A stretch of 32,000 bases of DNA, taken from NCBI RefSeq assembly GCF_000145295.1, contig NC_014408.1, positions 630,001 to 662,000 on the forward strand. The letters run 5' to 3'. Under the pieces are notes generated by a model, which ran no database searches, was not told where the DNA came from, and saw only the letters and a list, made by a program, of their open reading frames with translations. Position 1 is the stretch's first letter. Each line of letters starts with the position of its first letter. Source of the DNA: Methanothermobacter marburgensis str. Marburg (GTDB taxonomy: Archaea > Methanobacteriota > Methanobacteria > Methanobacteriales > Methanothermobacteraceae). Shown piece after piece: positions 9,788 to 18,921 of this stretch. The translations under genes were made by a program, and so were the position numbers.

Positions 9788-10462
9788 ATGAAGATCGCAG
9801 TTCTTGGTGGAACAGGTGACCAGGGCCTTGGACTTGCCCTGAGACTTGCATTAGCAGGAGAAGAAGTAATCATAGGTTCAAGGGACGCTGAAAAAGCTGT
9901 CAGTGCAGCTCAGAAGGTCCTTGAAATTGCTGAAAGGGATGACCTCAAGGTTAAGGGCGCCACAAATGCTGAGGCCGCCGAGGAGGCTGAGGTGGCAATC
10001 CTGACAGTTCCACTGCAGGCGCAGATGGCCACACTGGGCTCAGTTAAGGAGGCAATTAAGGGCAAGGTGCTCATAGATGCCACAGTCCCCATTGACAGCT
10101 GCCTTGGGGGCTCAGCGGTGCGTTACATTGACCTCTGGGATGGCTCAGCTGCCGAAAGGGCTGCAAGGTTCCTTGAGGATCAGGGCACAAGGGTAGCGGC
10201 GGCATTCAACAATATAAGCGCATCAGCCCTCCTTGACATAACAGGACCCGTGGACTGTGACTGCCTCATTGCCTCTGACCACAGGGATGCCCTCGATCTC
10301 GCATCTGAACTCGCAGAGAAGATAGATGGTGTGAGGGCCATTGACTGCGGTGGCCTTGAAAATGCGAGGGTCATTGAGAAGATAACACCTCTGCTTATAA
10401 ACCTCAACATCAAAAACAGGATTAGGAATGCGGGTATAAGGATTACGAACCTGCCAGAATGA
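9788..10462 (+). CDS. npdG: NADPH-dependent F420 reductase (F420H2:NADP+ oxidoreductase)
   Basis: MKIAVLGGTGDQGLGLALRLALAG..IGSR and C-terminal ITPLLINLN closely resemble Archaeoglobus Fno as I remember it. Start ATG 9788 lies behind GGTGAT (9779-9784). The track start 9758 has no SD. Confidence 0.85.
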   Translation: MKIAVLGGTGDQGLGLALRLALAGEEVIIGSRDAEKAVSAAQKVLEIAERDDLKVKGATNAEAAEEAEVAILTVPLQAQMATLGSVKEAIKGKVLIDATVPIDSCLGGSAVRYIDLWDGSAAERAARFLEDQGTRVAAAFNNISASALLDITGPVDCDCLIASDHRDALDLASELAEKIDGVRAIDCGGLENARVIEKITPLLINLNIKNRIRNAGIRITNLPE

Positions 10463-10478
10463 TAGAAATAATATAAAG

Positions 10479-11072
10479 TTGATTGAAATGGAGATACTCA
10501 AAAACACTGTCCATAAGATAACTGAACATGCCATAAACGCCATAGAAAAGGTTGAAGAGTCTGAACTTGAGCAGATGATAACCAGGATAATGGATGCCCG
10601 GGCCGTTTTCATTGTGGGCACAGGGAGGTCGGAGCTTGTTGGAAAGGCCTTTGCAATGAGGCTCATGCACCTTGGGTTCACGGTTTACGTTGTGGGAGAC
10701 GTTACAACACCTGCAATAAGTGATGAGGATTGCCTGATTGCCATTTCAGGGTCAGGTGAAACAAAGACAGTCACACTGGCAGCCACCACATCAAAGTCGG
10801 TCGGGGCAACGGTCATCGCGGTAACAGCGACTCCCCAGTCAACGCTGACAGAGCACAGCGACGTTGTAATATGCATACCAAGCAAAACAAAGGAGGCCTG
10901 GAAGTACTACACCTCCGGTGTTTTAAGGGGCGACTACGATGACCTCACACCAATGGGCACACTATTTGAGGACAGCACCCACCTCTTCCTGGATGGGCTC
11001 ATAGCAGAGTTCATGGCCATCCTTGGAAAGAAGGAGAGGGATCTTAAGGAGAGGCATGCCATTATTGAGTAG
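10479..11072 (+). CDS. hxlB: 6-phospho-3-hexuloisomerase (SIS domain, RuMP-pathway PHI)
   Basis: SIS signature VFIVGTGRSELVGKAFAMRLMHLGFTVYVVGDVTTPAI..DCLIAISGSGET. TTG 10479 or ATG 10488 as start. Confidence 0.8.
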   Translation: MIEMEILKNTVHKITEHAINAIEKVEESELEQMITRIMDARAVFIVGTGRSELVGKAFAMRLMHLGFTVYVVGDVTTPAISDEDCLIAISGSGETKTVTLAATTSKSVGATVIAVTATPQSTLTEHSDVVICIPSKTKEAWKYYTSGVLRGDYDDLTPMGTLFEDSTHLFLDGLIAEFMAILGKKERDLKERHAIIE

Positions 11073-11110
11073 GTTCTTCTCTGGAGTGGGATCTTAAGGA
11101 GGGGCATGAC
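11038..11110. repeat. 23-bp direct duplication spanning the PHI stop codon
   Basis: gggatcttaaggagaggcatgcc (11038-11060, inside the PHI 3' end) recurs as gggatcttaaggaggggcatgacc (11088-11111) in the spacer. Confidence 0.7.
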
Positions 11111-11197
11111 CTTGTCCTGATGGATTCCCTTCCAGGCATGCGTTAATCTCCATAACAGATTATCTGCGCATATTCCATAAATTAGAGGGGTTTATAG

Positions 11198-11704
11198 ATG
11201 GAGGGACAGCTGGGAGACGAGGTTGTAACCATAAAACCGGACTCGGATGCAAGGAGGCTGCACGGCAAGAGCCACTACGGTAAACTCTATGAGGACAGGC
11301 TGCAGATTTCACTGATTGAGGCAGCGCACCTCATGGAGAGGGGTAAACTCACACTTAAGAAGGACGACGATGAGGTCTCAATGGAGGAATTCATATCACT
11401 CCTGGCTGAGAGGGGCCTCTACAGCAAGTACCTGGTCTACAGGGACCTGAGGAACAGGGGTTACATCGTCAAGACAGGCTTCAAGTACGGTGCAGAGTTC
11501 AGACTGTATGAGAGGGGAGGGGCCCCGGGCAGGACACACTCAGCATACCTTGTGAGGGTTATATCAGAGAATGACACCATCCATGCCCTGGACTTTTCAA
11601 GCTACGTCAGGGTGGCCCATGGGGTAAACAAGAAGCTCCTCCTGGCCTTCCTGGACGATGAGGAGGATGTAACCTACTACCTTGTTGACTGGATAAGACC
11701 ATAA
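11198..11704 (+). CDS. endA: tRNA-splicing endonuclease
   Basis: YLVYRDLRNRGYIVKTGFKYGAEFRLYERG....HSAYLVRV catalytic-domain signature. SD AGAGGGG lies upstream. Confidence 0.9.
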   Translation: MEGQLGDEVVTIKPDSDARRLHGKSHYGKLYEDRLQISLIEAAHLMERGKLTLKKDDDEVSMEEFISLLAERGLYSKYLVYRDLRNRGYIVKTGFKYGAEFRLYERGGAPGRTHSAYLVRVISENDTIHALDFSSYVRVAHGVNKKLLLAFLDDEEDVTYYLVDWIRP

Positions 11705-11719
11705 GTGCAGGTGATATGA

Positions 11720-12814
11720 TTGATAGACCCGTGGGGATCAGCAAACCTTGAATACATGGATCTTATTGAAAAATTCGGTGTAAGGCCATTCAGTGAAGTC
11801 CTCGATGATGTACCTGAACCCAGCTGGCTCATGAGGAGGGGCATAGTCTTCGGTCACAGGGACTACGACAGGATACTTGAGGCCATAAGGAGTGGTAGCG
11901 ACTTTGCAGTGGTAACAGGGATGATGCCAAGCGGCAGAATGCACATAGGCCACAAGATGATCGTGGACCAGCTCAGGTGGTACGATAAACTGGGTGCCGA
12001 GATATTCATACCCATAGCCGACATGGAGGCCTACTCTGCAAGGGGCATCGACTTTGAGACCTCAAGGAGGATAGCCATTGAGGAGTACATTGCAGGCTAC
12101 ATTGCACTGGGACTTGACCTCACAAAGGACAACATACACGTCTACCTCCAGTCAGAGAACCTCATGGTGGAGGACCTTGCCTATGTCCTGGCAGGAAAGG
12201 TCAACTTCAATGAACTGAGGGCCATATATGGCTTCACAGGATCAACAAGCATGGCCCACATGTACGCACCCATAATACAGGTGGCAGATATACTCCACCC
12301 CCAGCTTGAGGAGCTGGGCGGCCCCAGGCCCACCGTTGTCCCTGTGGGCCCGGACCAGGACCCCCACATAAGGCTCACAAGGGACATAGCCGGGAGGTTC
12401 AGGGAGAAGTACGGATTCATTCTACCATCATCAACCTATCACAGGTTCATGGGGGGCCTCACCGGAGGTAAAATGTCAAGCAGCAGGCCAAAATCTGCCA
12501 TATTCCTGAGTGATACCCCAGAGGAGGCTGAGGAGAAGATAAGGAATGCCAAGACCGGTGGAAGGGAGACCCTTAAGGAGCAGAGGGAACTTGGAGGTGT
12601 TCCCGAGGACTGCATAATCTATGAGACCCTCCTCTACCACATGTCTGGCTCTGACCCTGAACTTGAGGAGATCTATGAATCCTGCAGAAACGGTACACTT
12701 ATGTGTGGGGAGTGCAAAAATAATACTGCAGAGTTCATAAGGAAGTTCTTTGAGGAACTTTCCAGGAAAAGAAAGAAGGCCCTTTCCACTGCGGGGAGGG
12801 TGCTTGAGGGGTAA
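11720..12814 (+). CDS. trpS: Tryptophanyl-tRNA synthetase (archaeal type)
   Basis: HIGH motif (GRMHIGH), KMSKS motif (KMSSS), and N-terminal DPWG...LIEKFG typical of archaeal/eukaryal TrpRS. TTG start lies 4 nt after AGGTGAT (11709-11715). The nearby ATG 11716 is in a frame that stops after 11 codons. Confidence 0.93.
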   Translation: MIDPWGSANLEYMDLIEKFGVRPFSEVLDDVPEPSWLMRRGIVFGHRDYDRILEAIRSGSDFAVVTGMMPSGRMHIGHKMIVDQLRWYDKLGAEIFIPIADMEAYSARGIDFETSRRIAIEEYIAGYIALGLDLTKDNIHVYLQSENLMVEDLAYVLAGKVNFNELRAIYGFTGSTSMAHMYAPIIQVADILHPQLEELGGPRPTVVPVGPDQDPHIRLTRDIAGRFREKYGFILPSSTYHRFMGGLTGGKMSSSRPKSAIFLSDTPEEAEEKIRNAKTGGRETLKEQRELGGVPEDCIIYETLLYHMSGSDPELEEIYESCRNGTLMCGECKNNTAEFIRKFFEELSRKRKKALSTAGRVLEG

Positions 12815-12815
12815 A

Positions 12816-13448
12816 ATGAAGAAGGAAAAGTATGAGGGGACACTGGCTTACCTTATGAGGAGCAATGAGACCTTCCTTCTGGCCTCAACCTTCCTGTTCC
12901 TCATATCCCTTTTTGCAGGATACGCTTTCTCAGGGGCCATCGAGCCGCTACTGAAGCCAATGATGGACGAATTCAGAAGGAGCATAGCGGAGGGTGATCT
13001 GAAACTCTCAACAGCATCGATATTCTTTCACAATCTCCAGGCCGCCCTGCTCATCTACGGGGGAGGACTGCTTCTGGGGGTTTTCACGGCACTGTTCCTT
13101 ATAATAAACGGTCTTTTTATAGGGTTCTTTGCTTCACAGGCCCCACTGGGGGACTTCATAATCCTGACGGCCCCCCATGGAATATTTGAGATCCCAGGGC
13201 TCATAATTGCCGGGGCGGCTGGTTTCAGACTTGCAAGTTTCACCTACCACTTCTTCAGTGATCTATTCACCGAGGCATGGTACGGGTCCTTCATGGAAAG
13301 GCTGGCTCATTTCTTTGAGAGGAACCAGGATGAGCTTCAGGAGTCACTAATGCTCCTTGGTATAGGGGTTCTATTCCTTGTGGTGGCGGCATTCGTTGAG
13401 GCGAACCTGACACTGGGAATCTACAACTACATAAAGACATCAATATAG
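12816..13448 (+). CDS. SpoIIM-like (DUF95) integral membrane protein
   Basis: Multi-TM protein with APHGIFEIPGLIIAGAAGFRL, typical of the SpoIIM/DUF95 family. Start moved to ATG 12816 (MKKEKYEG), just after the trpS stop. The track start 12750 overlaps trpS. Confidence 0.72.
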   Translation: MKKEKYEGTLAYLMRSNETFLLASTFLFLISLFAGYAFSGAIEPLLKPMMDEFRRSIAEGDLKLSTASIFFHNLQAALLIYGGGLLLGVFTALFLIINGLFIGFFASQAPLGDFIILTAPHGIFEIPGLIIAGAAGFRLASFTYHFFSDLFTEAWYGSFMERLAHFFERNQDELQESLMLLGIGVLFLVVAAFVEANLTLGIYNYIKTSI

Positions 13449-13498
13449 GTGGTGTCCAGGGAAAGGACACCCACAATTTATTCTGATTAATACATTCA

Positions 13499-14716
13499 AT
13501 GGATGGTGACTATGTGATAAGGTGCATATCATGCGGTAAGGAGTATGAACTAAACGAGATCATATACACCTGCAGTGAATGCGGGTCAGTGCTGGAGGTT
13601 GAATGTGAAGTCGAGGTTTCAAGGGACACATTCAGCTGCAGAAGGCAGAACATGTGGAAGTACAGGGAGTTCATGCCTGTGGACCCCTCAAAGATAGTGA
13701 GCCTCGATGAGGGTGGAACACCCTTTGTGAGGTGCGATAACATTGGCAGGAAACTCGGCATTGAACTATACGTGAAGGTGGAGGGCTCCAACCCCACAGG
13801 TAGCTTCAAGGACAGGGGTATGAGTGTCGGTATCACAAAGGCAGTTGAACTGGGCGTTGATACGGTGGGCTGTGCCTCAACCGGCAATACCTCCGCTTCC
13901 CTGGCAGCCTACGCAGCAAGGGCTGGTCTCGGTTGCGTGGTGCTCCTCCCTTCAGGTAAGGTTGCCCTTGGCAAACTTGCACAGGCAATGTTCCATGGTG
14001 CCCAGGTTTTATCTGTCAGGGGAAACTTCGATGAGGCCCTTGAGGCGGTAACGGAACTTGCCCTCATGGGGGAGCTCTACCTCCTCAACTCGGTTAACCC
14101 CTTCAGGCTTGAGGGGCAGAAGACCATAGGCTTTGAGATAGTGGATGACCTTGGCTGGGAGTCCCCGGACCGCATCATCCTCCCGGTTGGTAACGCAGGG
14201 AACATATCAGCCATATGGAAGGGTATCTCAGAGTTCCACAGGGCAGGGTTCATTGATGAGAGGCCAATGATGACGGGTATACAGGCAGAGGGTGCTGCAC
14301 CTGTGGTTGAGGCTTTCAGGAAGGGTAAGATGGAGATTGACCCTGTTAAGAACCCTGAGACGGTTGCAACCGCCATAAGGATCGGGGCGCCTGTGAGTTA
14401 CCTCAAGGCACTGAGGGCCATCTATGAGTCAGATGGATATGCCGAGACAGTGACCGATGAGGAGATACTATCTGCCCAGAAACTCCTTGCCAGGAGGGAG
14501 GGTATAGGTGTTGAACCGGCGTCTGCAGCATCCATAGCAGGCCTCCTGAAACTGGTGGATGAGGGTGTCATTGACAGGGGTGAACGGGTGGTCTGCGTTG
14601 TAACAGGTCACGTACTTAAGGATCCTGACACCGCCATAAGGGCTTCAACAGAACCAGTTGAGGTCGAACCCGATATAGACCAGCTAAGGTCCGTTATAAG
14701 GAGAAAGAGGACCTAA
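13499..14716 (+). CDS. thrC: Threonine synthase with N-terminal zinc ribbon
   Basis: PLP-lysine motif NPTGSFKDRG. N-terminal CxxC...CxxC (CISCGKEY..CSECG). In-frame GTG 13514 behind GGTGA is an alternative start. Confidence 0.93.
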   Translation: MDGDYVIRCISCGKEYELNEIIYTCSECGSVLEVECEVEVSRDTFSCRRQNMWKYREFMPVDPSKIVSLDEGGTPFVRCDNIGRKLGIELYVKVEGSNPTGSFKDRGMSVGITKAVELGVDTVGCASTGNTSASLAAYAARAGLGCVVLLPSGKVALGKLAQAMFHGAQVLSVRGNFDEALEAVTELALMGELYLLNSVNPFRLEGQKTIGFEIVDDLGWESPDRIILPVGNAGNISAIWKGISEFHRAGFIDERPMMTGIQAEGAAPVVEAFRKGKMEIDPVKNPETVATAIRIGAPVSYLKALRAIYESDGYAETVTDEEILSAQKLLARREGIGVEPASAASIAGLLKLVDEGVIDRGERVVCVVTGHVLKDPDTAIRASTEPVEVEPDIDQLRSVIRRKRT

Positions 14717-14724
14717 TAAACATT

Positions 14725-14775
14725 TAAATTTTTCATGAATATTTTTTCTGTTTTAAGTTTTTCTATTTTTCATTA
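14725..14775 (+). terminator. Cluster of oligo-T tracts downstream of thrC
   Basis: Four T5-T6 runs (aatttttcat, attttttctg, agtttttcta, atttttcatt) directly after the thrC stop. Oligo-T is the known archaeal termination signal. Confidence 0.5.
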
Positions 14776-14888
14776 GGACACTCTGAGGTTAATCTCTCAC
14801 CCTCCAGCCACTTGTGAATATACTGATTCTGTTTAGGTGCCACATGAACCAATCAATGAGCCAGAGAGACCTCCAGATTAGCGATATA

Positions 14889-14896
14889 TTTATATA
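14889..14896 (+). promoter_or_regulatory. TATA box of the histone gene
   Basis: TTTATATA is centred about 26 nt upstream of a predicted TSS near 14919. SD GAGGTGG and ATG 14942 follow. Confidence 0.6.
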
Positions 14897-14941
14897 GGAT
14901 AATATGGATAGATTATAGTACATAAAATGAGGTGGTTAATT

Positions 14942-15145
14942 ATGGAATTGCCAATAGCTCCAATTGGAAGAATAATAAAGAATGCCGGTGCAGAGAGGGT
15001 AAGTGATGATGCAAGGGAAGCCCTTGCAAAAGTCCTTGAAGCCAAAGGTGAAGAGATAGCCCTAAACGCAGTTAAACTTGCAAAACATGCTGGAAGAAAA
15101 ACTGTTAAGGCTTCTGACATTGAACTGGCAGCTAAGAGGATGTAA
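14942..15145 (+). CDS. Archaeal histone (HMf/HMt family)
   Basis: [33 protein letters not shown]...[20 protein letters not shown] is near-identical in pattern to HMfB/HMtA histones. ATG 14942 lies behind GAGGTGG. Confidence 0.95.
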   Translation: MELPIAPIGRIIKNAGAERVSDDAREALAKVLEAKGEEIALNAVKLAKHAGRKTVKASDIELAAKRM

Positions 15146-15170
15146 TTCTCACATACATCCATCATTCATT

Positions 15171-15190
15171 CCCTTTTTGCCTGCGGCAAA
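15171..15190 (+). terminator. T-run plus short hairpin after the histone gene
   Basis: cccTTTTTGCCtgcGGCAAA: stem TTTGCC/GGCAAA (15176-15181 / 15185-15190), 3-nt loop, T5 run at 15174-15178. Confidence 0.4.
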
Positions 15191-15305
15191 ACTTTATATG
15201 TGATGAACCCACAATTTTATTTAATCCTTGTTTTCCTGGGTGTCTAACTGGATTATCCGGGATTAATCTAAGTACGATTTCTGATGAAAATCTGTATCCA
15301 GCAAG

Positions 15306-15314
15306 TTTTATATA
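15306..15314 (+). promoter_or_regulatory. TATA box candidate for the rpl7ae cluster (a second TATA-like element lies at 15193-15199)
   Basis: TTTTATATA at 15306-15314 predicts a TSS near 15336 and a roughly 100-nt leader. CTTTATATG at 15192-15200 is a second candidate. Confidence 0.45.
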
Positions 15315-15434
15315 CAGAGAACATATAAAGGGTACTACCCACCTCATGTTAATCCATAACTTGGATTAGTTGTCCAGATTGGTGTAATTACCGATGGATG
15401 GTAGAAAAACCAGATGAAAAAGGAGGTAAATAAC

Positions 15435-15806
15435 ATGGCAAAGGCAATCTATGTGAAATTTGATGTACCAAAGGAACTGGCTGACAAGGCCGCAGAGGCA
15501 CTTGAAATAGCCAGGGAAACAGGTAAGATATCAAAGGGTACAAACGAGGTTACCAAGGCAGTTGAAAGGGGAGTCGCACAGCTCGTACTTGTAGCTGAGG
15601 ATGTTGAACCAGCCGAAATCGTGGCTCACCTCCCACTCCTTGCAGAGGAAAAGGAAATACCATACATATACCTTCCAACCAAGGATGAACTGGGTGCAGC
15701 CGCAGGTCTCAACGTCGGCACAGCATCAGCAGCCATAGTTGAAGCCGGCGACGCCGAGGACCTCATAAACGAAATAATAGAAAAGGTTGAAGAACTTAAA
15801 AAATAG
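15435..15806 (+). CDS. rpl7ae: Ribosomal protein L7Ae (K-turn binding)
   Basis: [41 protein letters not shown] 15435 lies behind AAGGAGGT. Confidence 0.96.
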   Translation: MAKAIYVKFDVPKELADKAAEALEIARETGKISKGTNEVTKAVERGVAQLVLVAEDVEPAEIVAHLPLLAEEKEIPYIYLPTKDELGAAAGLNVGTASAAIVEAGDAEDLINEIIEKVEELKK

Positions 15807-15807
15807 A

Positions 15808-15830
15808 TGAAAGGCAGAAAAAGCCTTTCA
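15808..15830 (+). promoter_or_regulatory. Perfect 8-bp hairpin between rpl7ae and rps28e
   Basis: TGAAAGGC-agaaaaa-GCCTTTCA starts 2 nt after the rpl7ae TAG stop. Confidence 0.4.
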
Positions 15831-15857
15831 CCTTCAATTTAATATAAAGGTGGTTTA

Positions 15858-16064
15858 ATGGAGGAAGCAACTCCAGCAGAGGTTATTGAGGTTCTCAAGA
15901 GAACCGGAATGACTGGAGAGGTAATGCAGGTCAAGTGCAGAATCCTTGATGGAAGAGATAAGGGAAGGATACTCACAAGGAACGTCATGGGTCCAATAAG
16001 GGAAGGCGATATCCTGATGCTTCTTGACACAATCAGAGAGGCAAAGGAAATCAGGACCCCCTGA
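15858..16064 (+). CDS. rps28e: Ribosomal protein S28e
   Basis: [64 protein letters not shown]. Confidence 0.95.
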   Translation: MEEATPAEVIEVLKRTGMTGEVMQVKCRILDGRDKGRILTRNVMGPIREGDILMLLDTIREAKEIRTP

Positions 16065-16082
16065 TCAGGCAGGTGTTTGTAA

Positions 16083-16244
16083 ATGAGAGTCTGTTCATTC
16101 TGCCATGAAGAAATAGAGCCAGGTACAGGAAAGATGTACGTTAAGAAGGACGGCACAATCTATTTCTTCTGCAGCAGCAAATGCGAGAAAAACATGATCA
16201 AGCTGGGAAGGGTTCCAAGAAAAGTTAAATGGGTTAAAAAATGA
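16083..16244 (+). CDS. rpl24e: Ribosomal protein L24e (53 aa; not in the ORF track)
   Basis: Own translation: [53 protein letters not shown]. Zinc-ribbon C..C...C..C typical of L24e. SD AGGTG upstream. Stop overlaps the ndk start (ATGA). Confidence 0.9.
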   Translation: MRVCSFCHEEIEPGTGKMYVKKDGTIYFFCSSKCEKNMIKLGRVPRKVKWVKK

Positions 16245-16696
16245 TGGAAAAAAGCTTTGTAATGCTAAAACCTGACGCAGTAAAGAGGCGCCTCGCAGGA
16301 AGGATAATCTCCCGCTTCGAGGATAAGGGACTCAAGATAGTCGCTGCCAAGATGCTCCAGATCCCGGAAGACCTTGCAATGGAACACTACCAGGAACACA
16401 GGGAAAAACCATTCTTTGGGGACCTTGTGGACTACATAACATCAGCACCAGTCCTTGCAATGGTCATAGAGGGTAAGGACTGCATCTCCATCATAAGGAA
16501 GATGGTGGGCGCAACAAACCCTGCAGAGGCAGAACTTGGAACAATCAGGGGAGACTTCGCCCTTGAAACAGGTAGAAACATAATCCATGCCTCAGATTCT
16601 CCAGAATCAGCTGAGAGGGAGATTAAACTTTTCTTTAAGGAATCAGAAATTTGCAGCTACGAGATGCCTGACAGGGAAATGGTATACGAGGAATGA
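16241..16696 (+). CDS. ndk: Nucleoside diphosphate kinase
   Basis: [17 protein letters not shown] and NIIHASDS (active-site His) motifs. Confidence 0.95.
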   Translation: MMEKSFVMLKPDAVKRRLAGRIISRFEDKGLKIVAAKMLQIPEDLAMEHYQEHREKPFFGDLVDYITSAPVLAMVIEGKDCISIIRKMVGATNPAEAELGTIRGDFALETGRNIIHASDSPESAEREIKLFFKESEICSYEMPDREMVYEE

Positions 16697-18495
16697 ACGC
16701 GGAGATTTCAATGAAGATCAGATCACCCATAGTTTCAGTACTCGGACATGTGGATCACGGGAAAACCACCCTCCTTGACCATATAAGGGGCAGTGCAGTT
16801 GCCGCAAGGGAGGCGGGCGGTATAACCCAGCACATAGGGGCCACAGAGATACCCATGGATGTCATTGAAAACATATGCGGAGATTTCCTTAAAAAATTCT
16901 CAATCAGGGAGACGCTGCCAGGACTCTTCTTCATAGATACCCCTGGCCATGAAGCGTTCACAACCCTCCGTAAACGTGGAGGGGCCCTTGCAGACCTTGC
17001 AATACTCATCGTTGATATGAATGAGGGATTCAAGCCCCAGACACAGGAGGCCCTCAATATCCTGAAGATGTACAGGACACCATTCGTGGTGGCTGCAAAC
17101 AAGATAGACAAGATCCACGGCTGGAGGGCCCATGAGGGCCGACCCTTCATGGAGACCTTCAGCAAACAGGACATTCAGGTCCAGCAGAAACTGGACACAA
17201 AGGTCTATGAACTTGTGGGGAAACTCCACGAGGAGGGCTTCGAATCAGAGAGGTTCGACAGGGTAACCAACTTCGCCTCACAGGTCAGCATAATACCCAT
17301 AAGTGCGGTTACCGGAGAGGGAATACCTGAACTCCTCACCATGCTCATGGGACTTGCGCAGCAGTACCTCAGGGAACAGCTGAAGATTGAGGAGGATTCC
17401 CCTGCCAGGGGGACCATCCTTGAGGTTAAGGAGGAGACAGGTCTCGGGATGACCATTGACGCTGTTATCTATGACGGCATACTCCGTAAGAACGACACCA
17501 TCGCAATGATGACATCAACGGATGTCATATCCACCAGGATAAGGTCACTTCTCAAACCCAGACCCCTCGAGGAGATGAGGGAGTCCAGGAAGAGGTTCCA
17601 GAAGGTGGACGAGGTGGTGGCTGCTGCGGGTATAAAGATCGTGGCACCTGACATCGACGATGTAATGGCGGGCTCACCCCTCCGTGTGGTGACGGATCCA
17701 GAGAAGGTCAGAGAAGAGATACTCAGTGAAATAGAGGACATCAAGATAGACACCGACGAGGCGGGTGTGGTTGTAAAGGCCGATACCCTGGGGTCCCTTG
17801 AAGCAGTGGTGAAGATACTGAGGGACATGGATGTCCCCATCAAGGTGGCTGACATTGGGGACGTTTCAAGGAGGGACGTTGTGAATGCAGGAATATCCCT
17901 CCAGGAGGACAGGGTCTACGGGGCCATAATAGCCTTCAACGTGAAGGTGATCCCATCAGCGGCCCAGGAACTCAAGAACTCAGACATCAAACTCTTCCAG
18001 GGAAACGTCATCTACAGGCTCATGGAAGAATATGAGGAATGGGTCAGGGCCATTGAGGAAGAGAAGAAGAAAAAGTGGATGGATGCGATTATAAAACCTG
18101 CAAGCATAAGGCTCATCCCGAAACTTGTCTTCAGGCAGAGCAAACCGGCAATTGGGGGTGTTGAGGTCCTTGCAGGTGTCATAAAGCAGGATTACCCCCT
18201 CATGAACGAGGAAGGAGAAACGGTGGGTACCGTTGAAAGCATGCAGGATAAGGGTAAAAACCTCAAATCAGCATCACGCGGCCAGAAGGTTGCAATGGCA
18301 ATCAAGGACGCCGTTTACGGGAAGACAATCAATGAGGGCGACACGCTCTACGTTGACATACCCGAGAACCACTACAGGATACTTGTGGATGAACTTTCAG
18401 GGGATCTCACAGAGGAAGAACTTGATCTTCTGGAGAGGATAGCTGAGATCAAGCGGAAGAAGAATCCTGACTGGGGAATGAAGGCACCATTTTAA
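16693..18495 (+). CDS. infB: Translation initiation factor aIF5B (IF-2)
   Basis: [28 protein letters not shown] and NKID GTPase motifs. About 600 aa. ATGA overlap with ndk; ATG 16711 is an alternative start. Confidence 0.95.
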   Translation: MNAEISMKIRSPIVSVLGHVDHGKTTLLDHIRGSAVAAREAGGITQHIGATEIPMDVIENICGDFLKKFSIRETLPGLFFIDTPGHEAFTTLRKRGGALADLAILIVDMNEGFKPQTQEALNILKMYRTPFVVAANKIDKIHGWRAHEGRPFMETFSKQDIQVQQKLDTKVYELVGKLHEEGFESERFDRVTNFASQVSIIPISAVTGEGIPELLTMLMGLAQQYLREQLKIEEDSPARGTILEVKEETGLGMTIDAVIYDGILRKNDTIAMMTSTDVISTRIRSLLKPRPLEEMRESRKRFQKVDEVVAAAGIKIVAPDIDDVMAGSPLRVVTDPEKVREEILSEIEDIKIDTDEAGVVVKADTLGSLEAVVKILRDMDVPIKVADIGDVSRRDVVNAGISLQEDRVYGAIIAFNVKVIPSAAQELKNSDIKLFQGNVIYRLMEEYEEWVRAIEEEKKKKWMDAIIKPASIRLIPKLVFRQSKPAIGGVEVLAGVIKQDYPLMNEEGETVGTVESMQDKGKNLKSASRGQKVAMAIKDAVYGKTINEGDTLYVDIPENHYRILVDELSGDLTEEELDLLERIAEIKRKKNPDWGMKAPF

Positions 18496-18516
18496 TTGAA
18501 GAAAGGAGGAGATATA

Positions 18517-18897
18517 TTGGCATTTAAGGTTGTGATTTCAGACAAGGAGAAGAGTGTCCAGATGGAGGTAGAACCATCAGAATCAAAGGCCCTCATTGGC
18601 CTCACAATAGGGGACGAATTCGATGGTTCACTAATAGGCCTCAAAGGATACAAACTGAAAATCACAGGTGGAAGCGATAAGAACGGTTTCCCTATGAAGA
18701 AGACAGTACCAGGTGCAAGGAGAGTTAGAAGCCTTGTATCAGGTGGCGTGGGATACAAACCTGCACGTAAGGGTGAAAGGAGAAGGAAAACATTCAGGGG
18801 AAACACGGTATCAGAGGACATAGTACAGATAAACACCGTGGTCATCGAAAAGGGTGAGAAGCCACTTGAAGAGCTCCTTGGCGCCGATGAGGAATAA
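18517..18897 (+). CDS. rps6e: Ribosomal protein S6e
   Basis: (M)AFKVVISD..., GGSDKNGFPM, RRRKTFRGN. TTG 18517 lies 5 nt after AAGGAGGAG. The track start TTG 18496 precedes the SD. Confidence 0.92.
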   Translation: MAFKVVISDKEKSVQMEVEPSESKALIGLTIGDEFDGSLIGLKGYKLKITGGSDKNGFPMKKTVPGARRVRSLVSGGVGYKPARKGERRRKTFRGNTVSEDIVQINTVVIEKGEKPLEELLGADEE

Positions 18898-18921
18898 TAA
18901 AAGATTTTATAGGTGTAATCC

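Noticed and set aside
11716-11751. ATG 11716 directly after AGGTGAT as the trpS start.
   Set aside because: That frame ([11 protein letters not shown]) terminates after 11 codons. The TrpRS motifs (DPWG, HIGH, KMSSS) are in the TTG-11720 frame.
15200-15287. Possible C/D-box sRNA: GTGATGA (15200-15206) and CTGATGA (15281-15287) in the histone-rpl7ae spacer.
   Set aside because: The C-like box to the CUGA spans about 85 nt, with no internal D'/C' pair at the expected 12-nt guide spacing. There is no terminal stem. The C-like box abuts a TATA-like element and so would probably lie upstream of the TSS.
15162-15347. 61-aa minus-strand ORF in the histone-rpl7ae spacer.
   Set aside because: No SD. 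It spans both TATA-like elements and the terminator hairpin. The composition is non-coding-like and there is no recognisable motif.
15836-15858. TTTAATATAAA upstream of rps28e as an internal promoter.
   Set aside because: It lies only about 12-20 nt from the ATG and overlaps the SD region, too close for the roughly 26-nt TATA-to-TSS spacing. It is more likely just A/T-rich spacer.
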